A DNA stretch of 64,000 nt from Hormiphora californensis (GCA_020137815.1 CM035351.1:1426001-1490000); one strand, 5' to 3'; positions 15,001 to 33,985 are shown, numbered from the stretch's first letter. Translations and numbers: made by a program. The notes: generated by a model not told the origin, from the letters alone.

Positions 15001-15367
15001 TGCCAACCATCCACTTTAAACCTGCTGAAATGAAGAAGAAAACAGGTATGTCTTTGGACTACGGTACTATGATAAGTTTTCTCGATAGAATCATGGTAGA
15101 CACTTTACAGCTCCTGCCTAGAGTTGACTACCACTTTACGGGGTATATTGTCTCTGTACTAATATCACATTTCGCACTCCACCACTAACTCCCTACTCTC
15201 TCTCAGGTCGTGGCGTGTACTCCTGCCCATGCTACTACTACCCAAACAGAGCAGGAACTGCTGAACGTGCCTCCTTTGTGGTCAGTGTGGATGTAAAATG
15301 TGGATCCTCCACCCCAGATCACTGGATCAAGAGAGGAACCGCTCTCCTCCTCTCACTCGACTCATAG
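37..15367 (+). CDS. DNAH2: Axonemal dynein heavy chain (inner-arm I1-beta/DNAH2-like), 5'-partial, 24 exons in window
   Basis: GT-AG exons read by eye: 37-171, 608-689, 773-1002, 2062-2162, 2286-2649, 2766-3059, 3205-3358, 3458-3631, 3771-4106, 4231-4448, 4572-4676, 4787-5541, 5736-6009, 6167-6575, 6819-6972, 7079-7433, 7586-7724, 7950-8176, 8314-13249, 13376-13601, 13769-14021, 14281-14698, 14865-15045, 15207-15367 (TAG). Motifs: AAA1 GPAGTGKT and CFDEFNR, AAA2 GNTGSGKS, AAA3 [11 protein letters not shown]4 GVGGSGRQS, stalk, C-terminal [13 protein letters not shown]. One apparent extra base at about 7218. The paralog assignment is from recalled similarity. Confidence 0.93.
1117..2032. mobile_element. 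Non-autonomous Tc1/mariner-type element with ~130-bp TIRs in a DNAH2 intron
   Basis: Starts TTAGGTTGTCCAGTAAATATTTTCGTTTGG and ends CCAAACGAAAATATTTACTGGACAACCTAA. The inverted match extends to about 1245/1905. Flanked by TA at 1115-1116 and 2033-2034. No transposase ORF. Confidence 0.88.
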
Positions 15368-16041
15368 ATTGAGAACCATTATATAGAGAGAGAAATAGAC
15401 ATTAAATAGAACATAAACCTATTTGTAGAGACTGTGAGCTGTTCCCATGATTATTGAGAGCTAAGCGTTGCTCGGGGTAGAGTTTAGGGAGAGATAGAGG
15501 GAGGGGATAGAGCTATTTTCTGGGAAACCAGAGAAGATGAACATTCAATAATAGAGCATAACATTACCATGTTGATATGTACCCTTTTGTATGTTGTCTA
15601 CAGGATCGTTAACTAGTTGTAGAGGAGTAGATCTACTGTAGGAATGCCTGAAGTGAATGCTTAATTCATGCTATTTACATGAATTAAACAGTCGCTTCCT
15701 TCCCCCTTTGTAATACAAATTGTATGCTTATTTTTCATAGCGGCTGTACTAGAAGGGCCGTGTACACTTGTTTAGAGATTGTAAATGTTGTATCAAAAAC
15801 ACTTTTTTCACCTTTTGTAAACCCTGCAGTTCTTTTGTTAAACCATTTTCCAAAACGAAAGAATACCGATCAGACAAGTAGACCTTTCGAAGCTGTCAGT
15901 GTTTACACCATGATACTCTGTCAGAGCATTGGCCTGACAGATCATAACCTTCCCATTCTTGGACCACTGCTCTCAATTTTCTCGTTCTGCTAGTGCTCTA
16001 AGCAGGGCTGTCTGGCGCCGCGACCCATCTGAGCGCACTGT
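14196..16041. repeat. Two inverted copies of a short (~33 bp) dispersed repeat, at 14196-14228 and 16009-16041
   Basis: ACAGTGCGCTCAGATGGGGTCGGTGGTCAGACA matches the reverse complement of TGTCTGGCGCCGCGACCCATCTGAGCGCACTGT. Each copy has a small hairpin next to it. Confidence 0.55.
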
Positions 16042-16358
16042 ATGGCGCCGCCATACAGGAGCAGGGCGAGGAAGGGTCTAGAGCTGTACTGACCGGTATT
16101 CTCCCGCTTATCAACATCAAAACACGGAGGTTTCTCATAACGCGTAAAATTATTGATTGTATTGACAACATAATGAACATGATATATGGCTGTAATTACG
16201 GTCCCTGTTAGTGCATGATAATATATTAGAAAATAAATATTAAATTAATAAAAATTAATCTGTCGTCACTCTACATTAACACACTTTAAAAAGCAATTTA
16301 AAAATAACCCAAACGTTCCACATACATTTAACACTACACCCAATTGCCCGAATTGTCC

Positions 16359-21376
<5,018 letters not shown>

Positions 21377-21405
<29 letters not shown>

Positions 21406-21645
21406 CACTACCTTACTAAAGGGAATAAATATTAAATACCAGCTGTACTATCAACCATAGTATCATCACTACCTTACTAAAGGGAATAAATATTAAATAC
21501 CAGCTGTACTATCAACCATAGTATCATCACTACCTTACTAAAGGGAATAAATATTAAATACCAGCTGTACTATCAACCATAGTATCATCACTACCTTACT
21601 AAAGGGAATACATATTAAATACCAGCTGTACTATCAACCATAGTT
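21377..21645. repeat. 61-bp tandem repeat (4 full copies plus a partial) covering the LMAN1 acceptor and start codon
   Basis: Unit ACCAGCTGTACTATCAACCATAGTATCATCACTACCTTACTAAAGGGAATAAATATTAAAT at 21377, 21438, 21499 and 21560 (one substitution in the last), with a partial copy from 21621. Confidence 0.95.
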
Positions 21646-24600
21646 ATAGTATTATCACTAGGGAATACAATAAGCCTGTGTTTATATGTAGCGGGTCACC
21701 CACAGTCCAACGGGTCTCTATCGCGAAGGCCGGCCATTGCTAGTAGTATTTTGTCTAATGCCTCCTCGATAGTCGATATAATTAATGATTTCACACTGTA
21801 AAAAAATGACACATAGCTGGGACCACTATCATAGAGCTCAAATCAAAACACGGTCACAGATTGTGAATCAAATTCATTACATTATGACATTCACGTCTAT
21901 ATTGGTGGCCACAGAAATTGGAGCGAGTATATATAGCGATACCTGTATCCTTATGAAAATGTCACTTGGCTCTGACTCCTTTATACATATAATTTAGTGC
22001 ATATAGGCATGTTTGTATTTTCATGGCGTGTTGTGTTATTCCAAGTACGTATTATATCAACGCGTCGGACATTGGAGAGAAGTAAAATAATTTGTTTTCT
22101 AATTTTCTTCTCTCTAATGTAATGGCATTGAAGGAGATTGATAACTCTACCTCGACTTTTAGTGGTGATCTGTTTGTGCTTTTACCGAATCCGCCCTCCT
22201 CTTAAAATGATGATCAAATATCTTACTAAGTGCTTTTCTGCTTAATTTCAAATCTCAGGAATCAAAAAAATATTAAGTTGTATCTTTTTGTTTGCTGCGT
22301 ATTCTGGTATAATCTGTTGAATATAGTATGTAGTAGAGGGAGTAGTTCTAGCAGCTGTCATACCACAAACTATTTTAATTGTATGGTGGGATAAATCAAA
22401 GCCACTTCAGATTGTTCTTTTCAAATTTCTTACTTATTTCTTCCAAAAAGGATTTGTCCGAGTTGTATTCGTGTACGCAGCCGCTGGCTATTCAAAATAA
22501 AGTCCTTTGCCGGCTTGGCCCCCCCCCCCCCAGATATTTGCGTTTGATTGGATAAAAGAAAGTGAATCAGAGAACCATCCCTCTCTCATTCCCTCCTCTT
22601 TCTGTCTCTCTTTCTCTCCTCTTTCTGTCTCTCTTCACCGCCCCCTCTTTCTCTCTCCCCGGGCCGCTCTGTTTCCTAACAAATAATCTGGATCGTTTCA
22701 TAACTGAACCCCATTAAAATTTTATTATGCCGCCTTTTAAGAAGGATTTATAACTTTCTAAAATTTTTCTACTCTTTTAAAAACAAAAAGGCTTTTTTAA
22801 AAAGCATTTCATTAGATGAGCAGGGACAAAATTTTGGGGTTTGGATTTTGGGGGTTACGAATTTTTAAGGGGACCTTCCCTACAGTGATATCAAGAATTT
22901 CCCTTTAAAAGCTGTTTTTTTTTAAAGCGGATTTTTTGAAGTGCCCCAACCCTTCCGTTGCTCTTTTTGCACGGCGATCACATGTTAACGTGTGGTGTGC
23001 ACGTCGAAAATGATAACCATAACACACGCATGAGTTTGGGGTGACAAATTCAAAAAATCCAACTTTAAAAATGTCCTTATCTTTACAAAACCCCATGATT
23101 TTTGAATGGAGAAACTTTAAATTTGATTTTGGGTTTTTTCAATTCGCAGTAACGAGGGCCGGGGAAATTCCCTTTGAATGTATCGGTTCGACACAATATA
23201 GGGAGAGCATCTTCTATAGCACGAACTCTCCTCGGTCCTTGCAAATCTGCCCTTTTGGGACAGTTTACCTAAAACCCCCCTTCATCTGACCAACCCTGGT
23301 CGGAAAAAGTCCGATGTGCTTCAAGAAACCAAAATTTAACTGTAAGGAGAGCTACTACGAATCATAAGTATAGGAAGGTACTTTGTAAAATAGGGGGAAT
23401 ATTTAGGACCTGGCCGGATTTTCCCTCTATAGTTAAACATTTTTCTGACAGTAGAGGGTCCCTACGGGTCAAAAACCCACTACGACCACCCCCAAAAGAA
23501 GAGAATATGGGATTTTTAGTGACCTGCTAGTATTTTAAAAAGCGGATACTATTTTTGTTTTTATGGAAAGGGCCCAGACACACGGTTTTTTTTTATGGTC
23601 ATTAGATCGGGACATTTTTTCCTTTGGGGGCCTGAAATATTTGGGAAAAATTTTAAACAATGAAACTCGTTTTTTTAGCCTCAAATCTATTTTCCCGGGG
23701 GATATTCTGCTTGAAACTAAATCTGATAAAAAATTCAAAACCCCCATTCCGGAAATAACCCTTATGCAGTGGTTTTTATTTTAAATTTTGGGGTTTTTCA
23801 TTAGGGGATGGGCATTCATTTTTTCGCTAAAAGGAACGTGTTCCCCCACTAAGATTTTATCAATCTGGGAAACCTTAAAGGTGGTTGTTTTCATTTTTTT
23901 TTCCTTTTTGTTTTAAATTCCCAATAATTTTTTTTGGTTAAAAAAAGGAAAGAAGGGAGGTTCCCTAAAGTTGGTATTTTCCACTCAACTAAAAAAATAG
24001 CACAAAAACCCAATCGAAAATTAAGGATAAAAATTCAATGTTCATAGGCATATTTGTATTTTCCCGGTTGTTTTTATTCCAAAATTTTTAAAAGTTAAAA
24101 TTGAAGGGTGGAAAACCTACCTTTATTTTTTTTAAACCCTTTTATAACCCCCTTTTCCTCAAAAAATCGTTTTAATGGGGAATTTAGCAATCGGTACCCC
24201 AAAGATTGAATTCAAACTTTTAATTAAATCTGTATCTTTTCCGTCTTTATTCCCCAATTTTTAAAACAAAAGGTTTTTTTTGGGGGGGGGGGAAAAAAAC
24301 CCTAAAAAACCCTTTAAAACCCTCTAGCCTTTTAAAACCCCCGCCCAAAAAAATTCGAAAAGTTGCCTTTTAAATTGGGAAAGGAGCACTGCGGCCCACA
24401 AAGAAATTCGCAAAAATTGGTAAAAAACACCTTTGGCTAAAACCGAAAATTATACCCCCTAGCACGCCCAAAAATTGGGGGGGGGCGAAAGAAAGAACGG
24501 TTTTTTTTTTTGGGGGTTTGGGCAATTTCCCAATTTTGGTTTTGGCCAATGGTGTTAAAAAGGGGCCCCAAAAAGAGAAACTTTCCACATTTTACCTTTT

Positions 24601-27539
24601 AATTTTACCCAAACTCTGCAATAGGAAATTCTACAAACCCCAAAATCCCACTTTTTTAGTTAAATTCTCCCCTCAGTGGGCATTCCCGTTCCCTTATTTT
24701 TGGGAAAACACCCCCCGCCCAAAACTGGTAGGTTAAATGGGAAGGGGTGTTCCAAAAGGTTAGCTTTTTGTTTTTGAACCGCACCCCACCCTTCCCCACT
24801 ATTTTTACAAAACTGAAAAAAAAAAATTTAAAAACCTTAAATAAATCCTATTCAAAAATTTTAACTCATTTTCACCTCAACTCCGAAACTTCTGTTCATC
24901 TTACAAATACCTCTTTCAATCCTCCCACACTTTTTGGGATTTTCTTTCTCTCTTCATTTGTACACTAACTTTTCTCTCTGTTCTTTCTATGATCTCCGGG
25001 AAACAAAAACCTGTTTGGGCGGGTTCACACCCTGATTTCCCCCCAAAAAGTCCTTTAAAATCTTTGCCTCCAAACCCCCGCCACTGGGCCCATCCCCCCC
25101 ACCTCTCTACCTTCCCCTTGATCATCGTTTCAACAAATGTTCAAAAGACCCTTAAAAAATTTTTCTTCCTTAGCTCCATTTGGGGAGACCGACAAATCGG
25201 GTTTACAGTAAAACTAACCTCTTGTGTTCTAGTTTTGGGAGAAGGGGTTCCGGTCGGTCAAGCATCAGGTCGGAAAAAAACAGCGGAGTAATTCGAACTC
25301 TCCAAACCGCTGAAGCGGTAGTCTTCCTGCCGGATTTTCTGGAAAGACGATTTTTGGGCCTGTCTTGGTTCATTTTTCCAAGATCTTGGAACACTTTTAA
25401 CGACGTAGAATGTAAAGAGGGCTGGGTTTTGGTAGATGTCCAAAGTTTTTACCTTTCTTTTTGATTATGAACAAAATTTAAAAACGAGATGCATTTGAAA
25501 TTTTTTAGCTAACCACGAGAGGGAAGCCGATACCAAATTTTTTCCCCCAATAAAATTTTCCAAAACTTTTGTTTTCTAGAGTTGAGAAAGGGGGGGTGGT
25601 CGCTTTTCGGGGCAAAGGCCCCTTCCCTTGTTATAATACCCACCCCTTCTAAAGGAGACCCCCGGCTCTCAACCCGGGCTTTCAAATATACTCTTTTGCC
25701 CCGCCTTCCCGCCAAATAACCCACCCCAAACTTAGCCATCTCTTCCTTAAAAGGGTGCAAGTCTTCGGCACTTTAAACGAAATGATAATATTTGGCCCCA
25801 TAATGTAAAGAAACGAAAAAGTATTTTGAAACGAAAGTTTTCCCCGAGGGGGGATAGAGTTTAATTTTTTAATAACAAAGTTTAAAAGAAAGGCACTTTG
25901 ATTATTTCAAATTTTTTAAATAAATCTTTGGCCACAATTCAATATCTGTGGTAAACCGATTTCCGGAAATCCGTGTTTTTTTCAAAAACATTTTTTCTAC
26001 TCTTTCCCGTGTGTTTTTTTAAGTCACTTTTAAAAAAACCCCTTTTCTTTTCTGGAACCCCTTTTCTGTTTTATTTCCACACAATGCCTCCCTCTCCCGG
26101 TTTTATAAAAAACCCCTTTTACTCCGGATTTCCCGCCCCCCCTTTTTCCTTTTATTAGCCAGTTTTAAAATTTTTAGCCCTCTCCCCTCCCCTCTCTCTC
26201 TCCTTCTCTCCCTCTCTCCCCTCTTTTTTCTTTTTCCCCCTTTTTCTTTTCTGCTTTTTTCCCTTTTTTGTTTTTTTTCCCTTTTCCCCCCTCCCCCTTC
26301 CTCCCCCTCGTGATCCAAATTTTAAAAAATTTTTTCGGGGTCTTTTTCCTTTTCCCCCCCGGGTTTTTTCCTTTTTTTTTTAGTTTGACGCCCCTTTTTT
26401 GTTGTGTTGGGAAATTTTTTTAGTTTTATTCCAGGCCCCCCTTCTAATTTTCATTGGTGTCGTTTTAGGGTGTTGTGTTTTTTCCCCATCCAAAAAATTC
26501 TCAACCCCAAAAAAAATTCTTGCAAAGCTCACATAAAACCCCTTTCTTTCCTTTTTCCCTCTTAAAGCATGAACCCTTTCCTTTTTCCCGGGTTTTTTTA
26601 ATCCTTTCCCCTTAAAACCCCTTTAGTAATCTAACCCCATTTCAAAATAAATTTTTTTTCCCTTTTAAACCCCCTTTAAAAATTTTAAATTTTTGGGGGG
26701 TTTTTTTATTTTTAAAAAAAAAAGGGGGGGAAAAGGGGGGGGAAAGGGGGGGGAAAAAAGGGGAGAAAGGGGGAACGGGGGGAGAGGTAAAGGGGTTTAA
26801 GAGGGGAGAAAGAAGAGAAAAAGGGGGGGGGGGGGGGTTTCCCCCCAATCTTCTTTCCCCCGGGTCCAAGGATTTTTTTCCCCCTTTTTCCCCGTTGTTT
26901 CCCCGTTGGGGGGGAAGGTGGTTTTATTAAAATAAAAAAAAATCAAAAACAAAACCCAAAAAACCCCCCCCCCCAAGTTGTCACCCAACAACCCCCCCGT
27001 CTTTTTCCCCTTCCATTCCCCCATTTTCCCCTGTTTTGTTTATCCCACTCCCCCTTTTTCCTCTCCCCTCCGTTCTTATGGCCCCGCCCCGGGGGGGTTT
27101 CCCCGAGGGGGATTCGTTGGGTGTTTCCCCTTTGGGGTGTTTCCCCCCCGTTTGAGGGGCGGCCCTGGGTTCCCCCTTTTTGGGGGAAATCTTTTCCCTT
27201 GGGGAAAAGTTTTGCCCCCTTCCGGGGGATTTTGCCCCGTTCCGGGGTATTTACCCCCCCCCCCCGGGTAGTTTCCTTTCTAAAGGGGCTTTTCCCGTAG
27301 GGTTCCCCCCCCTGGGGTTTTTTACCCGCCCGGAGTTTTAAAACCCATATTAATAAACACACCCTAACGCTGAAAGTGTGGGTTTCGTGCAAAAAGCTGA
27401 AAGATGGAGGGGAAACCCATTACTAACGGCCCAATGTGGCGGTGGTTTCCTTACCGGCCCCCGTGCACGGTGGCGGTTAACCCCCAAACCCGGTCTTTTC
27501 TAACAAACCGATGATATGTAACCCATGTTGGTTTAAACC

Positions 27540-30500
27540 CCCCCCAAAACTTCCCATCTTTTCGACATGAGTACAAACAGCCGTAAACCAAGGGAAAAGG
27601 TCTGGTCAAAGCAAGAAAACCTAGACTTGGTGTACTGCTACTACAGCAGAAACCCCAGGCACATCCGGATCCTGGAAGAGGCCGAACCCCTAGGGGAAAG
27701 AAAAGGGGACACGCCCCAAAAAAACAGGTCCAAAATCTCAAGCCATTCAGATCAATAGAGAAATCTGGACACATGGTAACACCGCGGAGAGGCTGATCAG
27801 CAATGTACGGGGCTAGCAGATTGGGCCAAATATACTCCCGGAAGGGCCCTACGGTAATGATAACATGCGGGTCCAGTACCTGGGCCCAATGGGGACCCGA
27901 CACCCCACCCCCCCCACCACCCCCAAACTAAGCCCGAACGAAATACCACTGAAAGAACATTAGCCGTGTTATCCACTCGACCCCAAAACCGGAAAAAAGA
28001 GGTATGGAAACCCGAGTGGGGGAAAGGTGGTAAAAGACCCCTACCCTTCCAAGACTGTGACCAGTTTAATCCCAACTGGATCAAACTTGTCGGGATCCTT
28101 TCACCAAGAAGTGATGAAATCGAACAGGGGCCATACCCGACTGAAGCAATGAATCGGCACGAAGGGCTTAATAAGACAACCCGCCCCCGAACCATGAACC
28201 CCCCCCCCAAAACCCCAGGGAAGAAGAGGGGGCCACACCGAACCTAAATCGGGGAAACTTTTCAAGAAACTCCCGGGGAAAACCAGCCCCAAAAAGTACC
28301 GACTTTGGACATGTCCCCTGGGGGAAGCACAGTGGCAATTGCCCACCACCCGGGGAAATAAAGTCTTTTAAAAAACCCCAGATCTCACCACGTGAAACAC
28401 ACTGATGGTGTAGCCATGTGGTCCGAGAAAAATGGGCTTTAAAGGCCCAACGCCCCACCCAGCAACCACCCAAAAATAAATTTAAACAACCTGGGCGGCG
28501 ACGCTCGAAGAGAGGTCGCCAAGTTCGTCAACCTCTCCGGCTGACCGAAATGAGCAGAGGTCCCACCCACAAGCCCAGTGTCAACTTATTTCAAAGGCAT
28601 TAGACTCCGAAAATTTCTTAAAAAAGGCATTTTTTTCAAAACTAAAAAGTGTTGGCAATGATATAGATAGTACATAAGACATTAGTTAAAGTTTATTCTT
28701 TTATCCAGGCATCTTTTTAAAAAATGCCGATAATGCCTTTGAGACTTTTTAAAAAATTTGTAAAATTTTGCATGAATTTTGGTTGGGAATGATTTTATAG
28801 AGCCCCAGGGACCTTCCCCATCATAATAACCCTTTTGAAATCAAAATCTGGCGTTTTTAAGAAAAATTTTTAAATTTTTAAATTTTTTTTAATTAATTTA
28901 AAGGTACCCCCCTCGGCAAAATTTTTGCGGTGCCCGCTTAGTCTCCATAGGGGGGTGTGGGCACCCCAAGCCGACCTCAAAATCAATTTTACCCTTAACT
29001 CAAATTCTTTTTTTGCTAAGCCCCTAAAAGTTTGCCCCAAAAAAACCGGGTTTTTAAGGTCCAAAATTTTTATTTTTAGGGCTAAAACTGAAAATTTAGG
29101 GTTCATAGAGGATCCAAGGGTGTTAGCTAAAATAGAAAATTTTTTGAAAAGGAGCTCTTTTTTGTCGGACTTTTTTATTTTTTTTTGACTTGAGGCCATA
29201 TTGGACATGTTCTTGGGTTTAAAGGGGCTAAAAAATTAAAAATTTGGGGTCTCCAAAAATTGTCAAAGTAGCCAAATTTTCAGGGGGTCCAATTTTGAAA
29301 TGGGGCCCTACATTTCTTTTTGTAAGCACATTTTTAGAAAACTTAAAATGGCTTACTCAAAACGGTAGGCCCCCCTAGCGTTTAAATTTTTGTCAAAAAT
29401 CGATTCAGCGGGTCCGATTTTGGGGGGCGTTTTGACTTTTGTCAAAGTCAACCGTTTTTTCAGAAATCGTTTTTTTAAGATTTTACATTTTTACAGAAAT
29501 AGGTAAGTTTTAGTTGCTAGAAGCTTTTTCTGCAAACAGTAAAAACCTTTAAAAATACGATTTCTAAAAAAAACGGTTGGGCTTAGAGCAAAAGTCAAAG
29601 GGAACGCCCCCCCCCCAAAATCGGACCCGTAAACGATTTAGCACAAAATTAGATGCTAGGCCCTACCGTTTTTGAGATTGCCTTTTAAATTTTTCCCTAA
29701 AATATGGTTTTTACAAAAAAAACCCTTGGCCACTTTTAAAATTGGACCTCCTAAAAATTTTGGGGTACTTTGAAAATTGTTAGGAGCCCAAATACCCAAT
29801 TTTTACCTTTAAGGGTTCATAGGAACATTCCAAATATGGCCTCAAAGTAAAAAAAAAGAAAAATAGTATCAGAAAAAAAAATTGAGCCCCTTTAAAAAAA
29901 TTTCTATTGAGCATACCACCTTGGATCCTCTATGAATCCCTAAATTTTCGCTTTCTACCCCAAAAAAATAAAATTTGGGGGATTAAAAAACCGGGTTTTT
30001 TTTAGGGAAACTTGAGGGGCTGTAGAAAAAATATGAATTCAGTTGGGGCAAAAATTGCATATTTGGGGGTCGGTTGGTATCCCCTACAACCCCATATGGA
30101 GAGCTAAGGGCACTCGAAAAAAATTTTTTCCGAGGTGTCCCTTAATTATAAAAGGTTTTTTGGTTAATTTTGTGGCACATCAAACCCCCTTTTTGTTTAT
30201 GTGCCCCTAAGAGCATTATTGAATCGTTTTTGAAGTAAAAAACAGTTTTGAGTAAAAAAGGGGGCAATTTGGATTCGAACCCAAAATGCCCCAGACCCAA
30301 TAATGAAGACCCCTCAGGGGGAAAAAGGAAAAATATGTAGAATAGAATCCCAAAATCTTTACCTCCCCCTTTTCCCCAATTGGGGGGGGGGTGGAAAAAA
30401 GGGGGGGGGGGAAGGGGTAAAAAAGGGTTAAAAAAAACCCCGGGAAAAACAGGGGGGGGGGGCCCCGGGGCGGGGGGGTAAAAAAATAAAAAACACTTAT

Positions 30501-33130
30501 AATAATTTTTTTCACATTCCCTGACAATTAATTGTGTGATTGGGAAAACTGGCTTGGCATTATTTTGGCATTTTTTTGGCATTTTTTTTCAAAAAAGCAT
30601 TGGAAATTAGTTCGCTATTCGGGGTTTTTTGACACGGGGCCCCCAAAAAGTATCAAACTAAAATTTTATCTATAGAAGTACCCCTGCTGCCCGAGGTTTA
30701 AAAAACAAGGATAGGGAAGTAAAGAGAGACTGCTAGAAAAGGGCCCGGAAAGTTAAAAGATACAAAGAAGCAGCAGCATTCCCGCTGACAACAACCTTTT
30801 CCGAACAATCAGGGGAAATTTTTCCCGGAAACTGGGGAAACGTGGACGGACCCCCACGCCACTGAAAAATCCAAAGCCCAAAACCGGGCCCCTTTAACTT
30901 CGGGGAAAAACATCGGGGAAAACGTTTGCTCCATAAAAATGAAGCGAGTTTTTAGCGATGTCCAAGAAAATTTTGAAAGGGTTCAACCAACAAAAAATTT
31001 TTCCAGATCACCACGGAACGAGTCACAGCTCGTGGAAAGGAAATGACGAACTGGTTTTTCCCCGGGTATAGCGGTCCCCCCGCCCTTTTGGTTTAAACAC
31101 AGCCCCTGCCTTCTACATTGGCTTCTAAAAACCTCGTACGAGTCGGGTCCCAGCGGGGATGACTGAGGAAAGCCCTTTCCCTCCTGATCAAAGACCCAAA
31201 AAGGGGAATTTCCCAAACCCCGGGGAACCGGCCCAAAACCGTTCCCCAACCTAGGAAAGTTTTATACAGGAATATACAAAAAGACTTCCCAGCACCTCGG
31301 TAAGAAAGCTTTTTCCCGGGAAGAAAAAAAGGGGATGCCGGAAAAAAAAGCAGGGGGTTTGTGGGAGCAACAGAAATCGACAAACTGATTCTGCGACATT
31401 GCAAAACGCACAAAGTCTCTTTATATAGGGCCTTCATTGACTCCCAAAAAAGGCTACGATTCGATCCCACAACCGGGTTCCAAAAGCAATGGAATGGAAA
31501 GATAAACCCTAGAAATCCGATTTTCGAGTCATGTTCCAACAGTGTGTTTTTTAAAAGCCCAATCTGGCCGCCTAGGCCAAATAAACATCAAGGGGGGTCT
31601 TTTCCCAAAGGGGATGCGTCTCCCCTTTTCATTTTTATCGGCCTGACCCCCTTTTGTCCTGCTCCTAACTACCCAAGGGAAAGAGGCTACCCCAATTCTA
31701 ACCCGAACTCCAGATCGAATTAGTATTAATCACCCCCTTTTACTGGATGATTTTAAAGTGTATGCCAGCTCGAAGGAGGACCTTCAGCACTCTTTGGGAG
31801 TCACCGAAAGTTAGCACGACATCAAAATGTCCTTTGGTCATCCAAATGCGGACTCTAGACATAGTGGACGGAGTAGAAGTGGATGCAGGGAAAAGCCACC
31901 AAGTGGAGACAGAAAACCCAGGGGGAAATGGAGGCTATAAGTACCCGGGAATCCCGGAGGTTTTACCGTATTTTTAAAAGAAAAGAAAACCAAGGGCAAA
32001 CCGAGTACACCGAAGAGTAAGAAAAAATACTGTCCGCGAGTTGCAAGGCAAAAACCCCATCAGCAATCAAATTGGGGAAAACCCGTGACCCTTCGGTGCC
32101 GGAATACTGGACTGGGCCCCTTCCAACCATGGACTAGAATGATCACTAGGAAGTCTGAGAAGAGATCATCAAGAGCAACGTGACATTGACCGTTTTTTTT
32201 TTTGTAGCGGAAACTTGGGGAAGGGCCCCAGGGGTTGAAGATGTCATTGCGAAAGAAGAGGCGGGGTCGTGACATTCTTCAGCAATTCTCGGGCCCAAGA
32301 TAAGTGCCCTTCACACGGCGAGCAGACTGAAGGATGCTTTTCAAACCTCCAAAGAGCAGAAGCACTGAAGGAAAAATTACAGCGGGCTTGTCGAGAAAAG
32401 GAAAAACAAAGTCCTACATGGAAAATTCCTGAAGCAACTGGAAGAAGGGGGGATGCGACCCTGATGGACCTGGGTGGCTCAACAAAGAGAGCCCTTAGCA
32501 AACACCAAGCCCATGCTTTGCGCCAGGATCAAACCATTCGCACAAAAATGGCGAGGGCTGCTATCGGGAAAAAGGAGGAGCGACAGAGAAATGCCGTATA
32601 GGGAACCACCAACGAGCGGTGGAAACAATCCCAAAGGGTGCACGAAAATTTCCAACAGATATAAAATCCGACCGATGAGTAGCTGTGCCTTTCACTGGGG
32701 GTGTGCAAGGACCCCGGGTTTCCCACCCAATCAAAGTGGTGGAGCCAAATTGAAGGGGAAATGCTCAGAAGTAACTGCAAAATCCTTGGGATTTCCCATC
32801 AGACGGATAACCCATCGAGGCATTAAAACCCGACTTTTCCTTCTAGAAAACTAAAGAAAGAAGCGTTCTGACGACGTCGCGTACCAAAAGACAGGCAGTC
32901 TCGGGGCAGGGGGGAGGAGAAGATGAGAAAAATACCAAGAAAATACGGAGGGAGCTCACAGAATTTGGGATCTTAAAAAGGCCAGGTATCCCTATCGTGA
33001 TGGAGCTCTGGGGGGAGTCGTCCCCGTAGAGAAGTACCTGACGGGCCCTAAAACCCCAAATTTCCCCTCCCGCTCCCAAAAATCAGTCCTTTCAAATCGA
33101 GAACACGCTCCCGGGAAAATTCTCGACAGT
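27540..33130 (+). mobile_element. Degraded R4/Dong-like non-LTR retrotransposon (RT plus restriction-like endonuclease)
   Basis: Frame-broken motifs in the expected order: N-terminal WSKQENLDLVYCYY (27600-27650), FWFK (~31090), IDKLILRHCK...AFID.(K)AYDSIPH (31375-31470), INIK.G..QGD(A)SPL (~31580-31625), INH...LDD.KVYA (~31730-31770), GYKY.GI (~31935), QDQTIRT plus a zinc-knuckle region (~32525-32640), WDF...KPD (~32790-32835), IPIV.GALG (~32990). Boundaries are approximate. Confidence 0.7.
28600..30620. mobile_element. ~2-kb foldback (long inverted repeat) DNA element nested in the R4-like element
   Basis: About 28900-29500 is mirrored by about 29530-30140 (e.g. GGATCCAAGG / CCTTGGATCC, GGGTCCGATTTTGGGGGGCG / CGCCCCC...AAAATCGGACCC). 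The centre is near 29515 and weaker outer arms reach about 28600/30620. Confidence 0.7.
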
Positions 33131-33985
33131 AATATACCCCCTGACTGTCTCCACCTGTTTTTGTTATTTTTTATATTTTTTTATCCCCTTTACCCGTCCT
33201 GTTGCCCTAGATTTTCCCCCGATTGACGGTTGCTTTTCATTCCTGATAAGTTGTCTCTCTTGGCTCCGTTTCCCGATGGTTGGGCTTCTTTCCCGATGTT
33301 TAGGAGGTCTTATGCTCCGTCTCTATGAGCTTTTAAATTCCCCCTTTAAATTTTTTCCTTAATTAACCCTATTAATTGGTTTAAATTTCCCCCCTTTACA
33401 TTGTTCTACCTACCCCCTTTTCTCCCCAGGGGGCCCTCCGGGCCCTCAATCCAACAGGATCCGGGGTCGGGGGGTTTTAAACCCCGCCTCGATGGGGGCC
33501 TTTTCCCATTTTTATTGCTTTTTTGGGACCCGGGAAAAAGGGGGGAGGGGGAAAAAATTTTCTTTCCCCAGTTTTGCGTCCCTTTCCCTTTACGAGTTGT
33601 TGAACATTTTTTGCTTTTTTCCCCATACAAAGTTGCTTGTTTGGTTTTTAGTTGCTTCCCCTACACGTATGTTTGAAAAAGTAGTTTAGTGTTGGAGTAA
33701 AAGGATTGTTTCGCATCAGAGGACGTGTGTAAAGACCCTTACCCATCTCTCCCTGAAAACAACGGAACAAATGGTACATCTCCCACACACACACTTGTCT
33801 CATATTATATAATGACTGTCCTCTCCGTACCGGGCCCAGAGCCCGATGTGGCTGCGAGAGGCCGCGTAGCAGCCGAAGTCTTTTGTGAAACAATTCCTTC
33901 CTTGTTTATGAAATGACATGATTTATGACATAACATGTGTTTTGATTACATATTTGAACCTCAATAAGGGTACAATTCCTACCAG

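Noticed and set aside
21685-21745. Helitron 3' end (weak hairpin plus CTAG|T) upstream of LMAN1
   Set aside because: The hairpin is weak and no 5' TC end or second copy was found.
21895-22560. ERSE/ERSE-II stress elements for LMAN1
   Set aside because: ATTGG/CCAAT boxes are present, but CCACG is not at the required spacing.
22905-30582. Many F/P/G/K-rich ORFs
   Set aside because: The composition (TTT/CCC/GGG/AAA codons) follows from homopolymer corruption. No domains are recognisable apart from the R4-like fragments.
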